NCBI RefSeq assembly: GCF_001194135.2
Contig: NC_068989.1
Location: 59,791,181-59,849,541, forward strand
Reading direction: 5' to 3'
Length of the DNA stretch: 58,361 nt
Origin: Octopus bimaculoides
Lineage: Eukaryota
Every line of letters begins with the position of its first letter. The stretch's first letter is position 1. Below the pieces are notes generated by a model that was not told where the DNA came from, made no database searches, and was given only the letters and a program-made list of their open reading frames with translations. Position numbers and translations under genes: made by a program. Shown piece by piece: positions 36,474 through 50,203 of the stretch.

Positions 36474-39400
36474 CAAATAACAAGTGTGTAACTTGAGAGA
36501 GATTTTGCTGCTACTCCTGATGGGTTGAATGACCGTAGAGGCTCTCTCTGTAAGCTCTGCTTGAGTACAACAAAACCCCACTTGGACAACCCTCCCCTAG
36601 GACAAAACCCCCATAGTTAAAGTGTGAAAGTGGACAAAACCCCCTTGGTTATATTCTTAGTTTTTTTCCCCTTTTTAATTGTTTCAGTGATCAAACTGTG
36701 GCCATGCTAGAGTACTGCCTTGAAGAATTTTTTTGTTGAACCCCAGAATTTTTTTTTCCTTTTTTCTTATTGCAGTTATTAGACTGCAGTCATGTCAGGA
36801 CACTATCTTGAAGAATTTTTAGACAACTGTATTGAACCCAGAATTTTTTTTAAGCCTGATCAAAACCACCTCAGTGATATACTTCTTTTTTTTTTTTCTC
36901 TTTGTACTTGTTAAATCGTTAGATTCCGGCCATGTTGGGGCACCGCCTTGAAGAATTTTTAGTTGAATGTATCAACCCAAGAATTTTTTTTTACGTAATT
37001 TTCAACCAGCACATGAAGTTAAGCCAAGAAGGTCTTTCCACTTGCTAGAAACAATAGCCAAATCTCTTGANNNNNNNNNNNNNNNNNNNNNNNNNNNNNN
37101 NNNNNNNNNNNNNNNNNNNNNNNNNNNNNNNNNNNNNNNNNNNNNNNNNNNNNNNNNNNNNNNNNNNNNNNNNNNNNNNNNNNNNNNNNNNNNNNNNNNN
37201 NNNNNNNNNNNNNNNNNNNNNNNNNNNNNNNNNNNNNNNNNNNNNNNNNNNNNNNNNNNNNNNNNNNNNNNNNNNNNNNNNNNNNNNNNNNNNNNNNNNN
37301 NNNNNNNNNNNNNNNNNNNNNNNNNNNNNNNNNNNNNNNNNNNNNNNNNNNNNNNNNNNNNNNNNNNNNNNNNNNNNNNNNNNNNNNNNNNNNNNNNNNN
37401 NNNNNNNNNNNNNNNNNNNNNNNNNNNNNNNNNNNNNNNNNNNNNNNNNNNNNNNNNNNNNNNNNNNNNNNNNNNNNNNNNNNNNNNNNNNNNNNNNNNN
37501 NNNNNNNNNNNNNNNNNNNNNNNNNNNNNNNNNNNNNNNNNNNNNNNNNNNNNNNNNNNNNNNNNNNNNNNNNNNNNNNNNNNNNNNNNNNNNNNNNNNN
37601 NNNNNNNNNNNNNNNNNNNNNNNNNNNNNNNNNNNNNNNNNNNNNNNNNNNNNNNNNNNNNNNNNNNNNNNNNNNNNNNNNNNNNNNNNNNNNNNNNNNN
37701 NNNNNNNNNNNNNNNNNNNNNNNNNNNNNNNNNNNNNNNNNNNNNNNNNNNNNNNNNNNNNNNNNNNNNNNNNNNNNNNNNNNNNTGTATATATATATAT
37801 GCATATAGGGGTACAGGATGTCACAAAATGTAAACAACATGAAATGCGTAAACATGGAATACAAACTTTTGTATGCAAACAACGAAAGAAACAAATGGAA
37901 ACAAGACTCAAAATGTGGAAAAGATGAACAGCCGACAACTGATGAAGGGTCGTTCTTTATGTTACTTGTCTTGTTTTCCATTTGTTTTTTTCATTCTTCA
38001 CATACAAAAGTTCATATTCCAGGTTTGCGTATTTCATGTTGNNNNNNNNNNNNNNNNNNNNNNNNNNNNNNNNNNNNNNNNNNNNNNNNNNNNNNNNNNN
38101 NNNNNNNNNNNNNNNNNNNNNNNNNNNNNNNNNNNNNNNNNNNNNNNNNNNNNNNNNNNNNNNNNNNNNNNNNNNNNNNNNNNATATATATATATATATA
38201 TATATAAGGTGTAGAAGTGGCTGTGTGGTAGGAAGCTTACTTCCCAACCATGTGGTTCTGGGTTCAGTCCCACTGCATGGCACCTTTGGCAAGTGTCTTC
38301 TACTCTAGCCTCAGGCTGACCAAAGTCTTGTGTGTGTTGTTCTGAGTCATGACACAAGTTTGATCTATCAACTCGCTCACAGGGCATGGTGTGGATACCC
38401 AGCAGCTGCTACAAACTTATTGAGATGTGATCAGGAAATTCAGTCACAAAGGCCAACCTCACAACACTCTTTATTGCCTTGCAGGAAATCCCTGCTAAAG
38501 CCACCAATCTCCTAATCTCACTCACATAGTCATCGACCTGTTTTCTGGTCTACCTCATGCTTCTGAGCTTACTATACACCTTAAAGGCTCCCTCCATGCA
38601 AGCAACTTTCAGCTGTTCCTCGATCTTTTTAATCTTTTGCTGATCATCTTCTGACATCTCTAGATACAAGCTCAGCACACTACCTTCTAAATACAACGGT
38701 AGGAGGCTGGCTATGTCTTGTATCCTCTGCTATTTTGCTACTAGCTTCACCTCCTTTATCCAGGACACCACATCGCCTTGGCCGGAGAATGGTCTCAACA
38801 TGATGTTGCCAAGTCTAATTTTCAATGCCATATTTTACCATGGACATTAGATTGGGTTTTTTTTTGGATGCTATGCAATGAGCCAAAATAGCTTGTGGTA
38901 TGAAGGGGAAATTAGGAAAAAGGAGAATTGAGGCTTTCTTACCAGTCGATTTGGAGTGAACATTCTCTCACCACCCAAGTAGTCATTTCCTTCTGTTGAT
39001 TGTACACACACATCTTGACTTCATGCTGTCTGGCTGCACTCTGCCCTCTTCCTGTCTCTGCTGCACATGCTCTCTTCAGCACTTCTGTCCTCAGGGACTC
39101 ATGACAAGGCCTACCCACTCTCCCACTTCTGCCTTCACCACAGCTTCAACTTAATACCACAAGGGTGAAGAAAAATTAAAGCATACAAACCAATCAGGCA
39201 TAGGGTCAAGGTTTAGGATTCGCTGGCTATGGCTAAAGGCCAAAGGGAGGTGGGGGCAGAAGTACATAGAATTTAGGGGTATTCTGTGGATATTGGTTGA
39301 AAGTTGGGTAAGGGTACGAAGGCAACTGAATAATAAGATCATACTTTTATGGAATTGTAGTGTTAGTAATAGTGGAGTACTCACTCGTAAGAGGTTTGGA

Positions 39401-40079
39401 TAGTATGTTCTATCTATTATTTAACAAGCGCAGAACAAATAACTGTATCTTGGTGCAAGGATTACTTACCTAGTAAAATTGGAAAAGAACTGGCTAGGGT
39501 GTGCAGGTTGCTGTTTCTAGGTGAGATATCTTTGCTACCACTATTACATAATACTGAGTACCCTACAAATAGAATGGTTAGTTCCTACAATATAGAAACA
39601 AATAGGTAGATTGATCAACTATTGGGTCAACAATAGAGGGAGTAAATTAGATTGGCCTTAGGTTAGGAGCTATTATAGAGGTTGTTTAATGTCCTTAAAA
39701 TATTTAAACATGTAGGTAGGCTTATGTATACATGAAAGACGAAGGTCTAGTCTATTATTTAGTAGAATTTCACCATTTGATCTCTGCAAAAATTTCAAAC
39801 AGCTCCATGCAGCAAAGCCTGCATCCTTATTTGCTGTTTAAGTATGGTTTAGCAACTCCAATGATGTTCCAACTCAAATCGAATTTAACATTGTTGTACT
39901 TGAGCTTCCAAATCTTCATGGCTAGAGAGACCCTGCCAGCCTTATGTCTTGATTTAAAGAAGAATAGTGGTTATGTAAGCACGCCTTGAGATTTATGGAG
40001 CAGCCGACATAAGTGTAAGTATTGGTCTCTGTTACAACATCACATTTGTAAACCACATTTACTGCTAGACATCGACTAG

Positions 40080-41900
40080 AAAGTGGATATGATATTTTGT
40101 CTAAACAATTGCACCCAATGTTATTATGACATAATAGTTCGAGCTTGTGAGAGTTACTGGTGTTTGCATAGTTGTTGCTGAGGTTTATATTATGATCAGT
40201 TGACAGAGATGAGCTTTCAAGGCTAATCTTCTTTGTTTGTACATTTCAGCAGGGATAGATTCAGAATCAGGAACCTTGTTGTCACACTTCTGCCAGATGA
40301 CAGTGTCCAGTTTCTTTGATTCAGAGGTGCTGACACTCACAACTACTTGAGGAATGTGGGAAGATCAACACAGCATTTATCAGAGGCTGCTGATAGTCTG
40401 TTCAAGGAGTTGTTGAAATGTTCAGTCCAGCAGCTTAAGATTGTTTTGTCTTCAGTCAAAATACTGCAACATTCAGCTTTCCTGGGCATTAGTACTGCCT
40501 TCACAGGTCTGTGATTCAGACAGCAGAATAGAAGTTACACATATGATGTTAATCAGCATATCGTTGGTTAAATTCTACAGATTTATATTTGAACATCAGC
40601 CCTAAGATGTTGATAGTTGTATCCCTTGGTTACTGCTTAAATATTGTATCTCTAGTAAGTCTTTCAGAGATTTTCAGTGAGATGAATTGGCAGATTTCAA
40701 TGTTAATTCCATTGAATCAGCTGATCTCTGTGGAAGACCAAAATAAAAAGCTGTAGGTGCAGTTATCTCCCTTGAGGGTGACTGCCAAAATAGCTGTTCA
40801 CTAGAGGGAACATGCAACACTATGGTTCGGACACTTACCCCTTCCTCCTTTGCGTTGAGATGCTGGAGCATAAAGACATGACCAAGCTACCTTTCATACA
40901 CATGCGGCAGCTAGCAGACACCAAACAGACATGAGATAATGCACTGAAGAGTTAACAAATGAAGGCCATGTTCATCAAACTCTTTCCATTATTATTCAAC
41001 TTGTGTATATTTGAGACCTTGAATAAAGGTGTTTAAAGTTACAGCTTTGTTTTTTGAATTCATTGTACCATGTTCCTTCATCAAATGACATATTACAGCC
41101 TTCTGAACAGAGTCATCATTAGATGGTTTCACAACGTGAGACTATGACCATCTAAAATGGTGACCCCGATGCAGCACACACACCACAACATTCTAGACTA
41201 CAATTCCTTTCAAAATGGTGACCTTCCTCGGATGAATTTTTTATCTGTGAATACATGCTTTCCTTTTTATCCTTTCCAACTTTGTCTACATGGCTAAACC
41301 GCCATTCATTGTGTAAGAACATACCACTGATGTCTCTCTCATCACCATATTGTCTTCTCTACCAAAATTTTGGTGCCATTTTCAGGTGGGAACTGCACAT
41401 CATTTTGTAACTGAAATTACGACCTTGTCCTTCTAAGACACAGCTTTCCAGGAGAATTTTCTTCTTTTTACATGCAAGAAGTATATTTAACAGTCAATGT
41501 TATCTAGAATTTGCACAGATAACAATTCTTCCTACAAACCAGGTACGAGTTTCTCTCTCTCAACCCCACCCGGATTATCCATGTGTTGGCCATTGTTTTG
41601 TTCTCCTTCTGTTAGCAAGGACTTCTCCCATTTCACCCTCTGCTGAAAAAATTCCTAGTTCAATGCTCATTGTATCTTCTTTCAACTAGGGTGTTTGACT
41701 GCCATTTCTAACGGTGTTTCCTTCAACCAGCTTGTTCTTCATGGCATTCCATTTCTTATTATCGTCTAAAGATGGGTCCAATTTAATACCTCTGTAATTA
41801 TTTCTATCTAAGGCATCACATTTACCATTGTAGCAGCTGATTATGGTGAATCATCATCCATGCAGACACATTTCTCTCCTATGACATCACGATTTTATCT
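40080..41900 (-). mobile_element. patchwork of decayed LINE fragments
   Basis: includes the RTE motif [20 protein letters not shown] near 41780-41840; otherwise heavily frameshifted. Confidence 0.45.
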
Positions 41901-42454
41901 CACACATTGTCAGGCAATTTGATCTCACTCTCTCTCCATATATATATATATATCCTATTTTGTGTCTGGTTTATACATTTTAATTTAAGTTTTGAAATAG
42001 AAATCTATGGACTGAAATGAAATCTGATAGAATGAATTGGCTAGTAGTTATTCAAGGTGCATAACTCTGTTCCACCTGAGAAATAAATTTCATAAAACAT
42101 GCAAGCCTCTATATAATTGTTGTTTGTTTGAAGAAACAGCCAAATCTCCCTCAAATGATATCCAACAGTCTTAAAAGGGATATACTGGGTAACGTGGCCT
42201 GGGCTCCCTGCACTCAAGACGTTGGGATTAAAAGCATTTCGACTATTAATCAACAATTCTGTTGATTCAAGACTGATCAACAACTAAACAGCGATACAGG
42301 TTTCAGTCGTACTTGAAACACCGTTAGAAATGGCAGTCAAACACCCTAGTTGAAAGAAGATACAATGAGCATTGAACTAGGAATTTTTTCAGCAGAGGGT
42401 GAAATGGGAGAAGTCCTTGCTAACAGAAGGAGAACAAAACAATGGCCAACACAT
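41581..42454. repeat. perfect 140-bp inverted duplication
   Basis: 41581-41720 is the reverse complement of 42315-42454. Confidence 0.92.
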
Positions 42455-45400
42455 AGTTCAGTATCATATCTTCAAATATCATGAGTACATTCGTGTATTC
42501 TAAGACTTAAGTTTTCAATTTTGGTTAGGATAGCAAGAGAGTGGCTGCTGAGCTTTGAACAAAAGTATTCCAGACCATTTGGTTTTTCTATCTTTTTCTT
42601 TCAGACATTCTATGACGATCCAGAGGTCCTTCCTTTGAAATCGTGATGTGATTTGAAAGAAATTTAACTGTTATTTCTATAGCTGAGCTACTACACAGAA
42701 CTTCCTTCATTGCCTGCATGGTGGGAGAGAGATAGAGATGCTAAAAGTGTTTATTTCCTATTAATAATTCTTTATTTTTGTTGTATTGCCAATTATGATG
42801 AAACTTTTTACACTATAACCATGTAATAATAAAACACATAATGAAGCAAGGTAACAACATAACAATCCATAAACTCTCCACGAACCAACAAATTACCAAA
42901 ACAACACCTTACGACTTCCTACAATAAACACCTAGTCTGTCTCTCAGACTGCTACTATTTATAGTGGTTTGTGTCAAGTCTCTTCTCACAGGGTAAAACA
43001 TGACTCTTGCCACAATTTCCCGCTTCTATATTTTCTTTTTATATTCCATTCTAAAGTTTGATTCAAGGTGCCAGCTAAGTAGATAATCCCATTCTACCAG
43101 AGTAATTGCTGACATAATTTTCAGCATTGATTCCAGTAGTAGTGTATTACTTTTCTTTTTTTTGTTGTTGTTGTTGTCACAAACTTGTGGTTGTTTCACA
43201 CTGCGGATGTATTAAGTCCAGAAACCTAGGTCTGTGAGTATCATGTAAGCATGTAAGGCTAGAGACAGGGATGATACAAATGCTATAGATACAAACTATG
43301 TTGATAGCCAGCTAGAAAAGATGTTTTCTTGGGTCTAAAACAACAGTAACATCGTCCTTTATACTACTGCCACATTCTGTTGGCATATAATACTATTCGG
43401 CACTGCTACTCTTGCTCAGAGATTTAAAACAAGTTGTTTTTCTCAAAATAAAATCAGCGACTGTGTGTCACCTAAAGTATAGTATTTGCAAGTGGAGAGA
43501 GCTTTCGTCACTAGCTTGTGGTTGTCTCATACTGAGGATGGAAAACATCCAGAAACCTAGGTCTGTATCATGCAAGGCTAAAAATGGGAGTGATGACCTC
43601 CCTTTTAAATGCTATACAGACACAAACTGTGGGTTAAAACAACAGTAACATCGTCCTCTATAGGACTGCTACGTTCTGTTGTCATATAAACATCACAAGG
43701 ATTATTATGCTGATAATAAAATATGCAATGGTTCTATTTCACTTCTTTATTAATCATTTGGTTATGTAAACAATCAGTTATATTGCTGGAAGTCCTTTGA
43801 AGCCATTTACAAACTCTTCATTGCTATACCCTCCTCTCTGCTCCAGGCCTGTCATTGATGTTTCTAGTTTTTTTTTTGGTTCTATATTTATGTAGTTCCA
43901 TAGAAATGAGTGAGAAGAAGCAGGAGAGAGAGAGAGAGGTGATATAGTTGATTGTATGTGTTAGACAGAATGTGCGTAAGCATACATGTTTGTGTATGGT
44001 GTGAGGGATAAAACATATCTTATGGTTCTGTCTTTTTGACTGGACTGTGTGCATTTCTTTTATTGATCTCAAAAATATTGTTTGGATCCTTTAAATACCA
44101 ACACACTAGAGGTCTTTAATCATTATCATGTTTGCTCTCCCGCTAACATGGGTTGGACAGTTCAACAAAATCCAATGGACTCAAGGACCATGTGCTGCTC
44201 CAGTGCCTCATCTTTTAGTATGATTACTATCACAGGATGCTCTCCCTAATATCAACCACTTTACAGAGTGTATTGGGTGTTTTTAAGTGGGGTGGGGTGC
44301 CATCACTAGTGAGGTTTTTTGACTGCCTAAACTATTAACCAGGAAATACCTCTAATGCTGCAGAACATGGCTGGTTATTTTATTTGATCAATCCTGGATG
44401 AATGAAAAGCACAGTTGATCTCACACATTTTTACAACAGCAACAATGAAATGTAAGCTTATGAAAAAAGCCCATTCTTTACTGAACAGTTCATTTAACAA
44501 TCTGAAGAAAATATTAAAAGAACTTTCAGTTATGGTAACCCATAATCTATATGTAGAATGCTTAATTTTAAATTGCAGTTGGATAAAGGTAAGTTATATT
44601 AAAATACTTGAACTGGAACCTTTAAACTTAATGGTAACAATCTGATTTCAAGAGTGAATGTCAATGATATTGACAAGAACTTGAAATGGTTCTTGACTTT
44701 TTGTTATCATCATCTCTGCAATACAACCAATTCAACACTTAATCATACTATATCAAACTTTTTAACCTGAAATCTCCTGACACCAGTTTCCATCACAGTG
44801 GCTATGGTTTAATGTTTTCTGATTACACCAGTTTCATGTGGAACTTAATATATTTTAAAGTATTTTTACCTTTCTGTCGTAATACTTTTAAATATCCTTA
44901 TAAAACAACCTGTAAATTCAGCAAGGAAAAGAAATACTTTTAAGCGTAGTAAAGCAATTACACGGCTAATATAAACTCAGAACTATTGAACAAATTAGTT
45001 AGCCTTACAGCAATCTGTAAATATATCAGAGTAGGTAGGAAATCTTTTTATATCATCATCATTTGACATCTGTTTTCCATGCTGGCATGGGTTGGATAGT
45101 TTGACAGAAGTTGGTAAGGCCAAGAGCAGCATCAGTCACCAATGTCTGTTTTGACAGGTTTTCTATGGTTGGATGCTCTTCCTAATGACACCCATTTTAG
45201 AGTGACCAGGTGCTTTTTACATGGCACCAGCACTGACCAGGCCACCAAGTAACTTGCAGGACAAAAACCACCTCAGCTGAGAGGTGGAGATGTGACAGTG
45301 CACCAGCTGATGGGAGATTAAAAGATATAGAGGGACAGGAGTAGGTGTCATGTTGTTGAGTAGATACATGAATACTTCAGTTGAAAAAGAAAGGAAGAGA

Positions 45401-47187
45401 TGGTGACAAAGATGTGTTGGAACATGCCCTCGAAGAACATTGGGGATAATGAGAATAAGCATGGTGATACAGAAGTTTAGACAAGTTGGGTAGGCAGGAT
45501 AGAGGTGCCTGAGGCAAATGATGGCATGAAATATAGGAGAGGCTCAAGGACAGGGGTTGTGGTAGGTATGTGAGGACACTGAGGGTGATAGCAAATAAGG
45601 TGTTAATGATGGAGAACAGCATAAAGGCGAGAAGGCACAGAAAGGTGACTGATAGAGACAGTAGGCAGGGAAGATAATGGGAAATGAAAGTGGTTCAGGG
45701 AGGAGAAGGAGGAGGTAACTGAGGAAGCAGTGGAATGTAGTATACACCTATTCTGCTCTCAGGTGATAAAGAAGTGATAGGTGTTAGGGGAAATATTTAA
45801 CAGGACAGAGAGAATGCAGGTGGGTATGGGGCAGATAAAATACAGGTGTGCATGGGACAGAGCCCCTCACAGACAAGCATAAGGTGGTTTGGGATATCAA
45901 TTCTGCTGTGGTGAACAGGTCTTCTTGAGTACAGCAAGGCACCAGATATTTCCGCCCTTTTGTCATCTTGTTTGTAAGGCTCAGTGTCTTGAGACTGGCC
46001 TTCAGTACTTTGTCTTATGTTTTGGCTCTCCTTCTTCCATGCATTCCATCTACTTTAAGTGATTAGTACTTCTTTATTCATACATATCACATGAACAAAC
46101 CAGTGCAGTCTTCTCTCTTGCAAATTGCATGTAATTCTTCTCGTGCCTAACTTATCTCTCAATACACTAATAGTCTGTTGTACATATACACTGACAATGA
46201 ACATCCAGCAGTGCATATTAGCTTCAGTCCGCTCTAGTATTCACATGTCCTCTGCATTCAGGGCTCATGTCTCACTAACATGTAGCATTGCACTTCATAC
46301 AATCTTTCTTTCACCTGGAGAGAGAGACCATTGGTTGCCAACAAAAGTAAAAAACACTAAATTTTCTCCATCTTATCCTTAATCTAGCAATTATAGTTTC
46401 AGTACATCCTCCCCCACTGCTAATTAGGCCCCCTAGGTAGCAGAAATTATCCACTATCTCTAAAGAGCCTTAGGGACATTTGAGTTAAATCCATTTCCTG
46501 AGCATTTGTAGTCTTTATGGTTCTTGTGTATCTTCTACATACAAACACCACTTTCTCAGATTGGCCAGTTAGAGTGCTAAAGGGTTAAGGCCCTTTGATT
46601 CCAAGTTTTGCTTCCACATCTGGAATATGAAATTATAATGGATAGCTGTAGAGGAAAAATACACACAAGGATAAAACAGTTATTTGTTATGCATTTAGAA
46701 ATATTTTTCTGATACATTTGAGAGATAATTAACTGATAGAATTTTGAGTAAATAAAGAAGTTTTTATGCCCCTACAAAGACAATGACCATGGCTGGGATG
46801 CTTTCCATAACAGATCTGTTTGTTCAGGGATGATCTGGGATTAAACAACAATGGGTATCATTTATAATCAAATGATCACAAAGTAGGGTCTTGAGTGAGA
46901 GCTGGGTTAATTTATACTCAGGCTTAATTTAATCTTGTAAATCGAATTTTCAAAGTTGGCTTCTGTTGATTCTAGATAGAGGGATCAACTATAAATGACA
47001 TATACTGTTATTCACAATACTGATATATGCAGTTACTCCGAGATCTTTTTTTTTTTTTCCAATGGTTTTAAAAAGAAAAGGTTGAATATAGTCTGTGATA
47101 TTTTCCTGCAATGTTCTTAGAATGTAATTTTTACAATATTTTATGAGACATACAAACCAAACAAAATCAAATTATATTTTTGCCTAT

Positions 47188-47193
47188 TTTATT
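47188..47193 (-). terminator. candidate polyadenylation signal of cytochrome c gene
   Basis: AATAAA on minus strand about 40 nt after TAA. Confidence 0.55.
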
Positions 47194-47233
47194 ATCTAAT
47201 CCTATTATTTTGAGATCACTAAGTCAATTGTCA

Positions 47234-48458
47234 TTATGATTTACAGCATTCCTCCAGATAGGCAATAACATCAGCTCGTTCTTTTTCTCTCTTAATACCT
47301 GCAAATATCATCTTTGTGCCAGGAATGTATTCCTTGGGATTCTTCAGATAAATAAAAAGAGTCTCCCTTGTCCAAGTAATACCTAGAAAATACAGATAAA
47401 AAGAAAGTCAATAATTTTGTTACACACCATTTACTAAGATTCTTAAACAGAATATTTCTAATAGAAAGAAAAAGAATATTATGAAATGTTAAAAAGAGTG
47501 AATAAATTGGCAGAGATGACTAGCAACTTGCTGTGCAGAGCAGGTTTGCTTGGAAGTGCAGGCAAGGTAAAAATGGACATTAAAATTGCATATATCAATA
47601 TTTGCTTATTTAGCATTCATTTTTTCCATGCCAGCACAAGTTTGAATGAGTACACATAATATTTACAGTTAGATTCTCTTTCTGTCATTAACCCTCACAG
47701 GTTTCCTTATACCATGTCTCTGAAAACAGAGAACTAGAGGATGATTTTTTTCTTATTTTTTTTGTTGATAGAAAATGTCAACAAACCTCAAAGTACTATT
47801 TAGTTCAAGACTTTTCATACAAAGTGAGTAATATGTCTACTGGTTTCAGTGAAAAAGCAATAGTTGGTCTGTCACTAATTCATTTCTAGCAATTATGTCC
47901 CCTTCCTTTCAGAGTTTATAACAATTACTAAATTTCCATTCAAATTTCATATTTTTTTTTTCCATATGGCAAGCTTAATGCCACTTATGTAATTTCCCAT
48001 TGCCCATCCTATTTTCCAATTTTATTCGTCATGCTTCCTGACGTTGTATGACATTTTGCGTACTAAGGAAGTACTAATAAGTTCTCATTTCATTTGTTGA
48101 GATATGGTACACCATTTCATAGGACTGAATCAGATAGGTGAAATTTTAACGCATGACTTACAAATAGAGGCCAATTTTGCTAAAACATACAATAAACAAC
48201 ACACACATATATATTATATATTCACAGAACTGTCAGAACACTTAGTAAAGAGCCAAGAATTCTCCAGTAACACTTACCTTTGTTTTTATTGGCATCGGTG
48301 TAAGCAAAGCCAGGTGCCTGGCCAGTTTTACGTCCTATCAGACAAGACAAATTTGGTCCAGTTTTGTGCTTTCCACCACAATCTACTGTATGGCACTGAG
48401 CACAGCGCTTGACAAAAATGCTTTTACCCTTAACTGCATCTCCAGCAGGAATTGGCAT
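47234..48458 (-). CDS. CYC: cytochrome c, divergent cysteine-rich paralogue (109 aa from the ancestral Met)
   Basis: complement(join(47234..47382,48278..48458)): [119 protein letters not shown]59, Y67 and M80 are present; phase-1 GT-AG intron. Confidence 0.96.
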
Positions 48459-48875
48459 CCTAGAAATAAAAATATGCCAAGTCAATATAAATTGTTATAA
48501 ACTTTAAAATAATTAATGAATTTATCAAATTTAAATATAATAAACTGAATGAAATTTGCATATCTTCAAACCAAATAATGTTCGTGATTTTGTGCATCTA
48601 ACTGGAATTTCATAACATAAAATAAAATTCATTTAATGCTGAGTACATTAAATGTGAGAATCATAGTTTTATTGAATTTTACCTTATATTATTTTTTTTT
48701 TTGGAAGTGTGTGTATATGTATATATATAAAATTAATATGAACAGCAGTTTGCAATGTCTCACCAAAAGGAGAATTACATATGTCATTAAATGCAACTAG
48801 GGGGTCAGAAAACAACTGCTTTCATTCCTAAGATATGTTACTGATGTTATTTTTTTTTTTGATATTATTTTTCAA

Positions 48876-49600
48876 GTCCTTGCCTGGGATTGAACTTAGA
48901 ATCCGAGGGTTAGTAGCCCGCACTCTTATCCACTATGCTATATGCATGTGGGCAATTATAGAGTGAATTTTAGGGCTTATAAACCTAGTATTTTATCTTT
49001 TCTTAACACTGGTTCCCATATTACTTTCATATCAGCACTAAGTCTGCTAAGGAGGTTATTGTGTCCTAGCATATGTGCAGCATCTTTTAATTTTTGTATT
49101 TTCCAGTGATGTTCTCTGTCCATTATTTTAACTTCATACTACAGTGGGAGGTGGTCTCCGTTTTCCCATACATGATCGGCTATACCTGATTTTTCAACAT
49201 CCCCTCATGTCACAGTTTTACGATGTTCCTCTACCCTCACTTTAAGTGGGTGGAATGTTTCACCTTTGTATAACCTACAACAACTGCATGGGATAAAGTA
49301 CATGCAGTTTTTGGTAATATTCTCTTCCATGTGTAGTTTTACTCAGAGAAGATATTTGAAAAGTGTTGTATTACTTCTGAATACTGTCCTGATGTCATAT
49401 GGACCGCATATCTTTTGTATGAAGCCTTTGACATAGGGTAGACAGACTGTGCTCAGTTTATGGGCTTCATCCTCTCTCTCCTCTTCCTAACAGGAGTGGA
49501 TAGTATATTTTCTGAATAGTTGTTGCACAGTAGATTATTTCTTAGCCTGATCATTTCTTTGTGGCGTGTATCAGGATCACTACTTATAGTCTTTGCTCAA
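48876..49600 (-). mobile_element. Penelope-like element 3' part (GIY-YIG region plus tRNA-like segment)
   Basis: reverse-complement homologue of 51530-52230. Confidence 0.75.
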
Positions 49601-50203
49601 TGTTTTAGGCACTGACCAATCCCTCTCTTTACTCTTTTACTTGTTTCAGTCATTTGACTGCAGCCATGCTGGAGCACCGCATTTAGTCGAGCAAATCGAC
49701 CCTAGAACTTATTCTTTGTAAGCCTAGTACTTATTCTATCGGTCTCTTTTGCCGAACCGCTAAGTTACAGGGACGTAAACCCACCAGCATCAGTTGTCAA
49801 GCCTGAAAGAAGCAAGCTCCCATTTAGAGGTGCATGAAACTTCTAAGTCACAGGGAGCTGAATCAAAATGTTTCAAATATTATATATCAGTTGTATCAAT
49901 GACATAGCTACGCTGACTGTACAGCAACCCTCTAATCTAACACACAATGCTTAGTCCATACCAATTCAATAAGTTTCATTGCTATAAAGGTCCTTTCATG
50001 TGACTGAAGGAGAGAGAGCAGAGAAATGTTTCTTTCATCAAAATGACACCACTACTTTATCTTCCTCTCAAACAAGAGCCTTTCATGTTAGATTTTTCAA
50101 TCTTCGTAGCAACTGAACTTAGTAAATCCTTCTAAGGATTCTTCTCATGACTAAATGGTCTCAACACAAACCATCATCAGCTTATTCAAATTCTAGAGTT
50201 TAC

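Noticed and set aside
46560-46660. Strong minus-strand acceptor downstream of cytochrome c
   Set aside because: The following frame is an RTE fragment (WKQNLESKGL) running into a MITE end with stops.
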